From an uncultured Rikenellaceae bacterium (GTDB lineage Bacteria; Bacteroidota; Bacteroidia; Bacteroidales; VadinHA17): DNA of 64,000 nucleotides. Positions 39,207-49,185 of this stretch are shown in pieces (the first letter of the stretch is position 1; each line of letters begins with the position of its first letter). Position numbers and translations under genes: made by a program. Under the pieces are notes generated by a model that saw nothing but the letters and a program-made list of their open reading frames with translations, searched no databases and was not told where the DNA came from. The DNA lies in contig CAWDHN010000012.1 in NCBI GenBank assembly GCA_963802145.1, positions 291,567 to 355,566 of the forward strand, read 5' to 3'.

Positions 39207-41359
39207 GAGGAAGGGGCGTAATGGTAGTGTTATTATTGCTGCTCGGCTCCGTGATGCCTGCCAGCGGCGATGACGGATACCGGCTGTGGCTGAAATATGA
39301 TCAGATCAGCGACAAAGCCTATCTTAAGGAATGCGGCAAAGCACTGAACAGTGTGATGGTCACGGGAGACTCCCCGGTAATGAGGGCTGCCCGTGAGGAG
39401 CTTCTCGCCGGCCTGGCTGGCATGACAGGCCGCGATATAGCTGATGTGAAAAGTATAACCCGCGGGGGCACAGTTGTGGCAGGTACCTTTGAATCGTCAC
39501 CCCTGATCGCCGCCCTGCTGCCGGATGTACTGCCGGGAACGACGGGCGAGGAGGGTTATCTCATCAGGTCAGTCACGCAAAAAGGAAAAAGGATCATCGT
39601 GATAGCCTCGGAGGGCGACAGGGGAGTGCTCTACGGCACTTTTCACCTTCTGCGGCTCGTCAGCATGAGGGTTTCCCTGAAGGATCTGTCGGTCACGGAG
39701 AAGCCTGCCGTTGCACTCAGGCTCCTGAACCACTGGGACAATCTTGACCGGACCGTAGAGCGCGGTTATGCCGGCTTCTCAATATGGAACTGGCACCTGC
39801 TTCCTGATTATATATCACCACTGTATAAGGATTATGCCAGGGCCAATGCCTCGATTGGGATCAACGGAGCCGTTATCACCAACGTCAACGCCAATGCACT
39901 GGTGCTTACAGAACCTTATCTCCGCAAGGTGGCAGCGATCGCTGATGTGATGCGCCCCTACGGGATAAAAATTTACCTCACCGCCCGCTTCAGCGCCCCG
40001 TCAGAGGCAGGCGGACTGAGCACTTCTGACCCTCTTGACCCGGGGGTCGTCAGATGGTGGAGAGACAAGGCGGCTGAGATTTATTCTCTCATTCCCGACT
40101 TCGGCGGGTTTCTTGTCAAGGCAAACTCCGAGGGTCAGCCAGGCCCGCAGAACTATGGCCGGACACACGCCGACGGAGCGAACATGCTTGCTGATGCCGT
40201 CGCACCATTTGGGGGAGTGGTCATGTGGCGAGCCTTTGTTTATGACAACAATGTGCCGGTTGACAGGGCAAAACAGGCATACAACGAGTTTGTGCCTCTC
40301 GACGGCAGCTTCAGAAGCAATGTGCTGGTGCAGGTCAAGAACGGACCTGTGGATTTCCAGCCCCGCGAGCCATTTCATCCGCTGTTTGGCTCCATGCCAT
40401 CAACGCCTCTGATGATGGAGTTCCAGATAACCCAGGAATACCTTGGATGTGCCACTCACCTCGTCTTTCTTGCCCCGCTCTTTGAAGAGTGTCTAAGGAG
40501 TGACACTTACGCCCGCGGAGAGGGTTCGGCTGTCTCTGACGTGATTGACGGGTCACTTTACGGACACAGCCTTACCGGCATGGCCGGGGTGGCTAACATA
40601 GGTACGGAGAGAAACTGGACCGGACATCTCTTCGGACAGGCGAACTGGTACGCCTTCGGGCGCCTGGCCTGGGCGCCTGCACTCACCTCCGCCACCATAG
40701 CAGATGAATGGATCAGGATGACAATCAGTCATGATCCTGAGGTAGTGGAAGGCATCAGCAGCATGATGCTTTCATCGCGCGAGACGGCTGTAAATTACAT
40801 GACACCGCTTGGCCTCCACCATATCATGGCCGAAGGGCACCACTGGGGCCCAGGACCATGGGTTGACCGGGGGCGGCCCGACTGGACCTCGGTCTATTAC
40901 CACCGTGCTGACACGGCCGGGATCGGATTTGACCGTTCAGAAAATGGCAGCAACGCAGTTGGCCAGTACTTCCCGCCGCTGAATGAAATCTTCAATGACC
41001 CGCAGCAATGCCCTGAAAACCTGCTGCTATGGTTCCATCACCTTCCGTGGCACCACCCGATGAAGTCGGGGAGAACGCTGTGGGATGAGATGTGCATCCT
41101 GTACCAGCAGGGTGTCACCGGGGCAGAGGCTTACGTTACATACTGGGAGACCCTCAGCGGGAGGATCGATGACGAACAGTTCGGGCATGTGAGACAGTTG
41201 CTTAAGATACAGGCGCAGGAGGCACGATGGTGGAAGGATGCCTGCCTGCTCTATTTCCAGACTTACTCCCGCAGACCCTTCCCGGAAGGGGTGGAGAAGC
41301 CTGAACATGATCTCGATTATTACAGGGGGTTGAAATTTTATTATGTCCCGGGCATATGA
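39203..41359 (+). CDS. aguA: GH67 alpha-glucuronidase
   Basis: 718 aa. N-terminus DDGYRLWLKYD, RLLNHWDNLDRTVERGYAGFSIWNW, GFLVKANSEGQPGP, EFQITQEYLG. It overlaps the lacI-family stop by 4 nt. Confidence 0.88.
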   Translation: MRGRGVMVVLLLLLGSVMPASGDDGYRLWLKYDQISDKAYLKECGKALNSVMVTGDSPVMRAAREELLAGLAGMTGRDIADVKSITRGGTVVAGTFESSPLIAALLPDVLPGTTGEEGYLIRSVTQKGKRIIVIASEGDRGVLYGTFHLLRLVSMRVSLKDLSVTEKPAVALRLLNHWDNLDRTVERGYAGFSIWNWHLLPDYISPLYKDYARANASIGINGAVITNVNANALVLTEPYLRKVAAIADVMRPYGIKIYLTARFSAPSEAGGLSTSDPLDPGVVRWWRDKAAEIYSLIPDFGGFLVKANSEGQPGPQNYGRTHADGANMLADAVAPFGGVVMWRAFVYDNNVPVDRAKQAYNEFVPLDGSFRSNVLVQVKNGPVDFQPREPFHPLFGSMPSTPLMMEFQITQEYLGCATHLVFLAPLFEECLRSDTYARGEGSAVSDVIDGSLYGHSLTGMAGVANIGTERNWTGHLFGQANWYAFGRLAWAPALTSATIADEWIRMTISHDPEVVEGISSMMLSSRETAVNYMTPLGLHHIMAEGHHWGPGPWVDRGRPDWTSVYYHRADTAGIGFDRSENGSNAVGQYFPPLNEIFNDPQQCPENLLLWFHHLPWHHPMKSGRTLWDEMCILYQQGVTGAEAYVTYWETLSGRIDDEQFGHVRQLLKIQAQEARWWKDACLLYFQTYSRRPFPEGVEKPEHDLDYYRGLKFYYVPGI

Positions 41360-41389
41360 GCATCGGTATAAATCATCAGATGAGACTAT

Positions 41390-42424
41390 ATGAATGACAA
41401 ACACTGGGAGACCCTTCTGAGGGTCATCGACGGGGAGGTCCTGAAAGAAAAACCTGTGGGATTTATTATTGACAGCCCATGGCTGCCGGGCTGGCACGGA
41501 ACAACGATCCTTGACTATTTTACAGACCCCGGAATATGGTTTGATGCAAATGTCAGTGCCGGAAAGACCTTTCCTGAGGTGCTCTTCCTGCCGGGGTACT
41601 GGTCAGAATACGGGATGTGCACTGAACCGTCGGCCTTCGGAACAAAGCTGGTGTGGACCGTGAATGACTTCCCGCATCCGGTCAAGCTGCCCCTGACAGC
41701 TGAGGCGATCTCAACCCTGGCGAAGCCCAACGTGGAAACAGACGGTCTACTGCCCTTCGTGATAAGAAGGATGGCCAGGTATGAGGACAAACTGAAGGAA
41801 AACGGATGTCATTACAGGTTCGCCACGAGCCGGGGACCGTTGAACATCGCCTCTTTCCTCTTCGGAACCACTGATTTCATGCTGGCGCTGGCAATCACTC
41901 CGGATGAGGCACAGAAGGCTCTGACTGTGATCACCGATTTTGTGATCGACTGGCTGTCACTGCAGTATGAGAAATTCCCGGGTATCGATGGTGTATTTCT
42001 CCTTGACGATATCGTCGGGTTCCTGGGACAGCCCGATTTCGAGACCTTTGTTCTGCCGCACCTGAAGAGAGTCTATCACACATTCAACCCTAAGGTGGGC
42101 TTCTTCCACAACGACGCACCGGGATTAATAACCGCCGCTTACCTGAAGGAGATAGGCATCAACCTGTTCAACTTCAGCTTCAGTCACCCCATAGATGAGA
42201 TGAGGAGGCTCGCCGGCGACAGTGTAACCCTGCTCGGCAACCTGCCTCCGAGGGATGTGCTTGCCATGGGCACACCGGCCGATGTCGAAGCCGGAGTAAT
42301 CAGCATGATGCGTTCAGTATCTGACGGGAAAAGGATCATCTGGTCATGCGGAGGAGGCATGCCGCCGGATGCTTCTACAGAAAATTTACGTACATTTATC
42401 ACGACAGTGAGAAATTATTCGTAA
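41390..42424 (+). CDS. Uroporphyrinogen-decarboxylase (URO-D/MtaA-like) family protein of unknown role
   Basis: 344 aa with no signal peptide. URO-D-like layout (PVGFIIDSPWLPGW, TEPSAFGTKLVW, VFLLDDIVGFLG, LLGNLPPRDVLAMGTPADVEA). This is the weakest family call in the xylan locus. Confidence 0.55.
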   Translation: MNDKHWETLLRVIDGEVLKEKPVGFIIDSPWLPGWHGTTILDYFTDPGIWFDANVSAGKTFPEVLFLPGYWSEYGMCTEPSAFGTKLVWTVNDFPHPVKLPLTAEAISTLAKPNVETDGLLPFVIRRMARYEDKLKENGCHYRFATSRGPLNIASFLFGTTDFMLALAITPDEAQKALTVITDFVIDWLSLQYEKFPGIDGVFLLDDIVGFLGQPDFETFVLPHLKRVYHTFNPKVGFFHNDAPGLITAAYLKEIGINLFNFSFSHPIDEMRRLAGDSVTLLGNLPPRDVLAMGTPADVEAGVISMMRSVSDGKRIIWSCGGGMPPDASTENLRTFITTVRNYS

Positions 42425-42436
42425 AAAAAGAACCTT

Positions 42437-43924
42437 ATGCTATTACTGGGTATTGACCTCGGCAGCTCGTCGGTAAAGGTCTCCGTAGTTGACGGAGTGA
42501 CTGGCAGGGCTATATCATCCGCCTCCCATCCACCCTCCGAAATGGAGATATCCGCCCCCGTGCCCGGGTGGGCTGAACAGGACCCAGGGGTATGGTGGAA
42601 GAACTTTACTCTCGCTCTGGGGGCATGCCTTAAAAAACTGGGGCCGAAGAGCAAAGACATCGGTGCAATAGGTATTGCCTACCAGATGCACGGACTGGTT
42701 ACCGTTGACAGCAACAGGAAAGTATTGCGCCCTTCCATCATATGGTGTGACAGCAGGGCTGTGGAGATCGGAGAAAGGGCTTTCGAGAAGATGGGTAAGG
42801 ACTTCTGCCTGCATCATCTTCTCAACTCCCCAGGCAACTTCACAGCATCGAAGCTGGCATGGGTCCGGGAGAATGAACCAGGCCTCTTTAAGCGCATTTA
42901 CAAGATCATGCTTCCGGGCGATTATCTTGCCATGAGGCTTACAGATGAGATCAGGACCTCATATACAGGACTCTCGGAGGGTATCTTCTGGGATTTCATA
43001 AGGAATGAGATCTCCGAAGAGATACTTGATTATTACGGAATAGCTCCGGAGCTCCTGGCTGAACCCCTGGAGTCATTCTCAGTGCAGGGCCAGCTTACCC
43101 CGGCCATGGCGGAGGAGCTCGGACTGCCGGCAGGAATACCGGTCTCGTACAGGGCAGGAGACCAGCCCAACAATGCACTTTCACTCAATGTGATGCAACC
43201 GGGTGAGGTGGCAACCACCGCCGGCACCTCCGGCGTGATCTACGGAGTCACTGACATAACGCAGTTCGACCCGCAGTCGCGCATAAACACCTTCCTTCAT
43301 GTCAACCATACTGAACGTGCCCCCCGCCTCGGTGTCCTTCTCTGCATAAACGGCACTGGCATACTGAACTCGTGGCTCAAGAGAAATACAGGGACCGGAC
43401 TGTCATACCCTGAAATGAATGACCTGGCTGCCGCCGTGGAGCCCGGCAGCGAAGGACTGACCATCCTTCCCTTTGGCAACGGTGCGGAACGTATGTTCCA
43501 GAACAGAGATATCGAAGCCTCGGTGCAGGGACTGAACTTCAACATTCACCGCCAGGGCCATCTCTACCGTGCGGCACAGGAGTCAATAGCATACTCCTTC
43601 CGCTTCGGCCTCGAGATAATGAAGGAGACAGGCATAAACCCATCGGTCATCAGGGCAGGCGAGTCAAACATGTTCCTGAGCAGGGTCTTCAGAGGTATTC
43701 TCTCCAGCCTCACATCGACGGTAATTACCCTCTACAATACCGACGGTTCGATAGGCGCGGCACTCGGCGCGGGGATAGGCTGCGGTTATTACAAGTCGGA
43801 GGAGGAGGCCTTCAACGGACTGGAGATAACGGGAACGAATGAACCGGACAGCAAACTGGCCCGGATCTACGATGAAAAGTACATGGAGTGGCTTGATTTA
43901 CTGGAAGATAAGTTATATAAATAA
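42437..43924 (+). CDS. xylB: Xylulokinase (FGGY carbohydrate kinase)
   Basis: [55 protein letters not shown]. Located directly upstream of xylA. Confidence 0.85.
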   Translation: MLLLGIDLGSSSVKVSVVDGVTGRAISSASHPPSEMEISAPVPGWAEQDPGVWWKNFTLALGACLKKLGPKSKDIGAIGIAYQMHGLVTVDSNRKVLRPSIIWCDSRAVEIGERAFEKMGKDFCLHHLLNSPGNFTASKLAWVRENEPGLFKRIYKIMLPGDYLAMRLTDEIRTSYTGLSEGIFWDFIRNEISEEILDYYGIAPELLAEPLESFSVQGQLTPAMAEELGLPAGIPVSYRAGDQPNNALSLNVMQPGEVATTAGTSGVIYGVTDITQFDPQSRINTFLHVNHTERAPRLGVLLCINGTGILNSWLKRNTGTGLSYPEMNDLAAAVEPGSEGLTILPFGNGAERMFQNRDIEASVQGLNFNIHRQGHLYRAAQESIAYSFRFGLEIMKETGINPSVIRAGESNMFLSRVFRGILSSLTSTVITLYNTDGSIGAALGAGIGCGYYKSEEEAFNGLEITGTNEPDSKLARIYDEKYMEWLDLLEDKLYK

Positions 43925-43935
43925 ACATTAATACT

Positions 43936-45255
43936 ATGGTAAAAAAGAGTAAAAGTGAGGTCTTCCCGGGCATCGGGAAAATCAAGTATGAAGGCAGGGA
44001 TTCGAAAAACCCGCTTGCATTCAAATGGTATGATCCCGAAGCTAAGGTGGGAGGCAAAAAGATGAAGGACCTACTGCGGTTTGCAATTGCATACTGGCAC
44101 TCATTCTGCGGCGACGGCGCTGACACCTTCGGGGCCAAGACAAGGGATTTCCCGTATGACGGGCTGGAGGGCGACGAGAGGATCAAAGTCAAGCTTGACA
44201 TGGCCTTCGAGTTCTTTGACAAGATAGGAGCTCCTTACTATTGCTTCCACGATACTGACCTGGTCGGAGACGGCTCTGTCTTCGAGATTGAAAAACGGCT
44301 TGAGAAGTTCGTCCCGGTAATAAAGGCAAGGCAGAAGGAGACCGGCATGAAGCTGCTGTGGGGTACAGCTAACCTGTTCAGCAATCCCCGTTATATGAAC
44401 GGCGCTGCCACCAATCCCGATTTCAACGTCTTAACCAATGCTGCCGTGCAGCTGAAGAACGCCATTGATGCAACCATCGCACTCGGCGGGCAGGGTTATG
44501 TATTCTGGGGCGGACGCGAAGGCTATCTGTCGCTGCATAACACAGACATGAAACGTGAGCTTGAACACCTGGCCATGATGCTGACCCTGGCGCGCGACTA
44601 CGGACGGAAAAAAGGGTTCAGGGGGACCTTCTACATCGAGCCCAAGCCGATGGAGCCCACCAAGCACCAGTATGATTTCGATGCTGCAACTGTCATCGGG
44701 TTTCTCCGCCACTACGGTCTTGACAAGGACTTCAAGCTCAATGTGGAGGTCAACCATGCCACTCTTGCCGGACATTCGTTCCAGCATGACCTGCAGACGG
44801 CAGCTGACGCCGACATGCTTGGCAGCATAGATGCCAACAGGGGCGATTACCAGAACGGATGGGATACCGATGAGTTCCCGACGAACATCAATGAGATCAC
44901 GGAAGCCATGCTCGTCATTCTGCAGGCCGGAGGCTTCAGGACCGGAGGCATCAATTTCGATGCCCATGTGAGACGCAACTCAACCGATCCCGAAGATCTC
45001 TTCATAGCACATATCAACGGCATGGATACTTTTGCCAGAGGACTGGTGATAGCTGACCGGATCCTGAAGGAGTCTGATTATCTCAAGCTGCGCAAGGCAA
45101 GGTATGCTTCGTTTGACAAGGGTAACGGGGCCCTCTATGAGAAGGGCAAGCTTACTATTGAAGACCTTCATGCACTGGCCTCGAAGGCTGGCGAGCCGAA
45201 GAAGATCAGCGGCAGGCAGGAGCTCTATGAGCAGCTGATCAACATGTACATCTGA
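43936..45255 (+). CDS. xylA: Xylose isomerase
   Basis: 439 aa. [62 protein letters not shown]. Confidence 0.95.
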   Translation: MVKKSKSEVFPGIGKIKYEGRDSKNPLAFKWYDPEAKVGGKKMKDLLRFAIAYWHSFCGDGADTFGAKTRDFPYDGLEGDERIKVKLDMAFEFFDKIGAPYYCFHDTDLVGDGSVFEIEKRLEKFVPVIKARQKETGMKLLWGTANLFSNPRYMNGAATNPDFNVLTNAAVQLKNAIDATIALGGQGYVFWGGREGYLSLHNTDMKRELEHLAMMLTLARDYGRKKGFRGTFYIEPKPMEPTKHQYDFDAATVIGFLRHYGLDKDFKLNVEVNHATLAGHSFQHDLQTAADADMLGSIDANRGDYQNGWDTDEFPTNINEITEAMLVILQAGGFRTGGINFDAHVRRNSTDPEDLFIAHINGMDTFARGLVIADRILKESDYLKLRKARYASFDKGNGALYEKGKLTIEDLHALASKAGEPKKISGRQELYEQLINMYI

Positions 45256-45262
45256 TATTCAG

Positions 45263-46684
45263 ATGGCCCTTTTCACTCCCGTGCGCCGGTGGCAGCCTGC
45301 TTTTCGTCCGTTCAGGAGGCTGCCTGCCGGGGGGCGGTTGCTTGCATTTACCGAAAGGGTGGTCAAGGGACCGCTCTTCGGATGCAGGATGTGCGGTAAC
45401 TGCCTCCTGCAGGAGACAGCTTTCATCTGTCACATGGAGTGCCCCAAGGGAATAAGAAACGGTCCCTGCGGCGGAGTGAACAACGGTTACTGTTATGTCG
45501 ACCCCACCAGGCGATGTGCATGGCACCTTATCTATGAGCGGTCACGGAGAATGCATCGTGAACAGAGGCTGCTTGAGGTGCTTCCGCCGGTAGACTGGGA
45601 CAGGGCGGGCACAGAGACCTGGGGTGAGGTGGTGAGAAAGGTGAGGGAGACCGGACTGCGCAATATCATTCTCCCCTCAGGAAGAAAAGGCAGGAGTGCG
45701 GGCGCTGTCCTCGAGGAGAAGGTCTTCAGACCGATACGGCAACCCGACTGGTGGAAGGGTGATTCGGAATACCACCCTCCGGCTGTCACGGAGCCGCAGT
45801 CGCGCCTTGAGAGTGAGCTCCGCAGCGGCAGGTTCGTCATCACCGCCGAGGTACAGCCGCCGCTCACCGCGGCCACGGCCAGGCTTGAAGAGAAGATCAG
45901 CCTGGTCAAGCCTTATGTTACCGCAATAAACTTCACCGACGGCTCATCAGCCATACCAAGGATGTCAAGCGCCGCCTGCTCAGCCGTGGCCGCATCACTG
46001 GGCGCTGAGCCGGTGATGCAGATCTCTGCGCGCGACAATAACCGCAACAGCCTGCAGTCACAGGCCATCGGGGCCAACGCCCTCGGGGTGCATAACATCC
46101 TGTGTCTCTCCGGCGACAGCCCCCGCGTGGGACCGCAACCAAGAGGGAACCTGAACATCATCGACATCGATTCGGTGCAGATGCTATGGATCCTGAGACG
46201 GATGAGGGATGAAGGCATCTATCTCGACGGAAGGGAGATAAAGAACAGACCCGGGCTCTTCCTGGGTGCGGCCGCATCTCCTTTTGCCCAGGATCCTGCG
46301 ATGCAGGTCATCCGCAACAGGAAGAAGATCAATGCAGGGGCACAGTTCCTGCAGACAAACCTGGTCTTTGACCCTGACAGTCTTGACCCGTGGCTGGAAC
46401 TCCTCTATAAGGAGGGGCTGCTTGACAAGGTATACATACTTGTGGGCATAAGCCCGCTCAGGACAATGAACCTGGCACTCTATCTCAATAAAAACATACC
46501 GGGAGTGACCATCCCGGATGCCGTAATGAAGAGGCTTGCCGGTGCCGGAGAGAGGTTCGCCGAAGAGAGCATCGCCATAACCGCCGGGAATATTCGGCGT
46601 CTCAGAGACAAACCCGGGGTGAGCGGCGTTCACATCATGCCTCTTGGCTGGGAGGCAGCGGTGCCGCTGCTCCTTCACCAGTAG
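45263..46684 (+). CDS. Fusion of an MTHFR_C (MetV-like Cys-rich) domain to a MetF-type methylenetetrahydrofolate reductase domain
   Basis: N-terminus GPLFGCRMCGNCLLQETAFICHMECPKGIRNGPCGG (MetV/MTHFR_C pattern). A MetF-like TIM barrel follows (FVITAEVQPP, VTAINFTDG, MQISARD, NILCLSGD, AGAQFLQTNLVFD, VYILVGISPL). It starts 7 nt after the xylA stop. Confidence 0.78.
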   Translation: MALFTPVRRWQPAFRPFRRLPAGGRLLAFTERVVKGPLFGCRMCGNCLLQETAFICHMECPKGIRNGPCGGVNNGYCYVDPTRRCAWHLIYERSRRMHREQRLLEVLPPVDWDRAGTETWGEVVRKVRETGLRNIILPSGRKGRSAGAVLEEKVFRPIRQPDWWKGDSEYHPPAVTEPQSRLESELRSGRFVITAEVQPPLTAATARLEEKISLVKPYVTAINFTDGSSAIPRMSSAACSAVAASLGAEPVMQISARDNNRNSLQSQAIGANALGVHNILCLSGDSPRVGPQPRGNLNIIDIDSVQMLWILRRMRDEGIYLDGREIKNRPGLFLGAAASPFAQDPAMQVIRNRKKINAGAQFLQTNLVFDPDSLDPWLELLYKEGLLDKVYILVGISPLRTMNLALYLNKNIPGVTIPDAVMKRLAGAGERFAEESIAITAGNIRRLRDKPGVSGVHIMPLGWEAAVPLLLHQ

Positions 46685-46822
46685 TGTCAGACAATCACCC
46701 CGGAGAGACTGAAGCGCTGCTCCGGCTGAATTTGTCAATGCCCTGTCCAGGGACCAGAGCGAGGAGGAGGTCAGCAGGAGATCCAGGGGTAAGGAGAGTT
46801 GAGGCATTGATCTCCTGTAAAC

Positions 46823-46849
46823 AAAAAAGACCCTCCTGACGGAAGGCCT
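46823..46849 (-). terminator. Rho-independent terminator for the PpiD-like gene
   Basis: The minus-strand RNA reads AGGCCUUC-CGUCAG-GAGGGUCU: an 8-bp stem including two G-U pairs, with a 6-nt loop, followed by U6. The stem is poorer on the plus strand. Confidence 0.55.
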
Positions 46850-46876
46850 TTTTATTATTTATGTGATTTTCGGTTA

Positions 46877-48997
46877 CTAGTAGAACTTATACCTCAAATC
46901 TTCCACCTCTTTCTTGTCGCGGATGGCCTGGTATGCCTCATAGGAGGCCCGTATCTGGTAGTTGGAATTCAGTCTCTCACGCACCATGGCCAGCTCTTCA
47001 GCCACTGACGGGGTGGCAGTATTTACCACGAACAGATAGACGCCGTTGTTACCTTCCACGGGTTTTGAGAGAACGCCGGTTCCTGATGTCGATGCGGCAG
47101 AGATGAGGCCGGGCTCTATTCCTGCTCCCGGTATTGAATATGACCTGAAGTTGATGCCGCTTGCATCCTGTACTGTCGTATTGTAATGAGAAGCGATGTC
47201 ATAAATTGTTTTCCCCTCGGCGGCCAGCTTCATCATCTCTGCAGAGATGATCTCCGCCTTCTTCTTCTTGGCCAGGATGAACTTTATGTCGGAAGTAACA
47301 TCCTCCAACGGAGCCGGTCCCTCTTCCTGCACCCTGGTGCAGTAGGCCACCACATACATATTCGGAAGCTCAAACACTGCCTGGCTGCTGTTGTCAAGAA
47401 CAATGGCTCCCTGCTTGCTGTTCTGGAAGAGTGCCATAACCAGCCCTCTTCCCTGCTCGAGTCCCGGAAGCTCTTTCTGATCAGGTGTGACATTCATGGC
47501 CAGTTTCTTGTTCAGGTTGCCTTCCGCCACTGCCTTGTTGAACTTCTCATAGGTGTCATTGGTGCCGGCAAACTGTGATGCCTCGGCATAGATGCGCTGG
47601 TTGGTGGCATTGCTCGGAATCACCAGCCGGTCAACGATACCGATATCATATTTTTTTACCCTGCGGCTCTGGTCAAGTATATTGATAATATGGAGCCCGA
47701 ATGTGGTCTCAACCGTCACCAGGTCACCCTTTTTGCCACTGAAGCATGCGTTATTGAAAGGAACGATCATCATACCCTCGCTGAACCATCCGAGATCACC
47801 CCCAACCTGAGCTGACCCCTGGTCGTCGGAGTTGGCCATTGCCAGGACCTCGAAGTCAATACCTGACCTGACAAGCCTGATCAGACTGTCTGCCTCAACC
47901 CTGGCCTGGGCCATGGTTCTGCCGGCGTTGGGAGAAAGGAGTATGTGGGCAGCCCTGACTGAGTCAGGACGCTCGGCGATGTCAACTATTCGTGCCAGCT
48001 TATAATGGCCGTTTTCAAAATAAGGTCCTGCCACAACTGACCTGTCACCTGACTCAGCCAGCCCGCGAAGGTTCTCGGGAAGGGCTGAGAGTGTACTGTA
48101 AAAGCCTGTGTGACGCGTGTCGGCCGTGAGGTTGATGTACTGGACGATGTCTGTTGCGGCAGCAAAGTTCTCCTTCTCATTGGTAGCCCATGTCTCAGTC
48201 TCTTTCATGTCCGATTCCGAGGGAGCGATGTCAAATACCATGTATTCCATGTCTCTCTGGGCAGTACGCTTGAAGTTATCCTTATGGCTTTCATAATAGT
48301 CCTTTATCTCAGCCTGGCTCACCGTTATTGTGCTGTCAGGCACCGCGGCGAAGTTGCGTGCGATGAAGCTGAAACTGACAGTGTTGGCTGCCAGGCTGGC
48401 TTCATATTCCGACTGTTTGCCGGTCACGTACAACCCCTTTGACATGAGATTCACAAGCTTTGTGTTCAGCCTGTCATTGATGATCTGGTCCTCAAAGAAG
48501 AGCCAGTATCTTTTGGTGGCCTCATCTGTCTCAGTGGCCTTCAGGAAATTGACCAGGAACGATTGGTTGAACGCACCGGTGGCGGGGTCCGTGAAAAGCT
48601 GCCTCACTATCGGATGAGGGTTATCCCCGAAAACGAGCATCTCCACCTCATCAGGACTGACTCCCAGTCCGGTTTTCCTGTAAGTCTTGTCCATCAGCTT
48701 TTCGGAAAGCATCTGCTGCCATACCTGCTCCCTGACGCTCTGCATCATCTCTTCATTGACCTCATTGGTGCCGGTCATTTTGTAAATATCCACAAGGTCC
48801 TGCACCCTTAATTCAAAATCCTGGTATGAGACGCTCTCGCCGTCAATGCGGGCAAGCTCGTAATATTTATCTGCCTTACGGCGCTGTGAATTATTGTTAC
48901 CGAAAAAATCGCTTACAACAAAGAGAAGCAGTGAAACTCCGATCACACCCGCTACAAGTGGTCCCGCCTTCTCTCTTAAAGTCTGAAGTATTGCCAT
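46877..48997 (-). CDS. ppiD: PpiD-like periplasmic chaperone/peptidyl-prolyl isomerase
   Basis: 706 aa. N-terminal membrane anchor (LVAGVIGVSLLLFVVSDFF), SurA_N-like region, and a parvulin rotamase domain (VRAAHILL, GGDLGWFSEGMMIVPFNNACF, FGLHIINI). Confidence 0.8.
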   Translation of the reverse strand: MAILQTLREKAGPLVAGVIGVSLLLFVVSDFFGNNNSQRRKADKYYELARIDGESVSYQDFELRVQDLVDIYKMTGTNEVNEEMMQSVREQVWQQMLSEKLMDKTYRKTGLGVSPDEVEMLVFGDNPHPIVRQLFTDPATGAFNQSFLVNFLKATETDEATKRYWLFFEDQIINDRLNTKLVNLMSKGLYVTGKQSEYEASLAANTVSFSFIARNFAAVPDSTITVSQAEIKDYYESHKDNFKRTAQRDMEYMVFDIAPSESDMKETETWATNEKENFAAATDIVQYINLTADTRHTGFYSTLSALPENLRGLAESGDRSVVAGPYFENGHYKLARIVDIAERPDSVRAAHILLSPNAGRTMAQARVEADSLIRLVRSGIDFEVLAMANSDDQGSAQVGGDLGWFSEGMMIVPFNNACFSGKKGDLVTVETTFGLHIINILDQSRRVKKYDIGIVDRLVIPSNATNQRIYAEASQFAGTNDTYEKFNKAVAEGNLNKKLAMNVTPDQKELPGLEQGRGLVMALFQNSKQGAIVLDNSSQAVFELPNMYVVAYCTRVQEEGPAPLEDVTSDIKFILAKKKKAEIISAEMMKLAAEGKTIYDIASHYNTTVQDASGINFRSYSIPGAGIEPGLISAASTSGTGVLSKPVEGNNGVYLFVVNTATPSVAEELAMVRERLNSNYQIRASYEAYQAIRDKKEVEDLRYKFY

Positions 48998-49185
48998 CTG
49001 AAAACTAGTTAAATAATTGAATTTACCTCTTGAAAAATACAGGCGACAAATATAACAAAATTCAGTTAAACAAAAGGATGGGGTCTCTTCTCATTTAATA
49101 AACTGTCCGTGAAATATGATAATTCTCATGTTTACTATATATCTTGCAGTCAGATAATATATTGTGACTCTAAAAATATAAAGGT

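Noticed and set aside
46685-46822. The GC-rich, roughly 140-nt non-coding stretch after the MTHFR fusion as a small RNA or riboswitch
   Set aside because: It lies downstream of both convergent genes. I see no convincing conserved-looking structure apart from the ppiD terminator hairpin, and there is no motif I can name.
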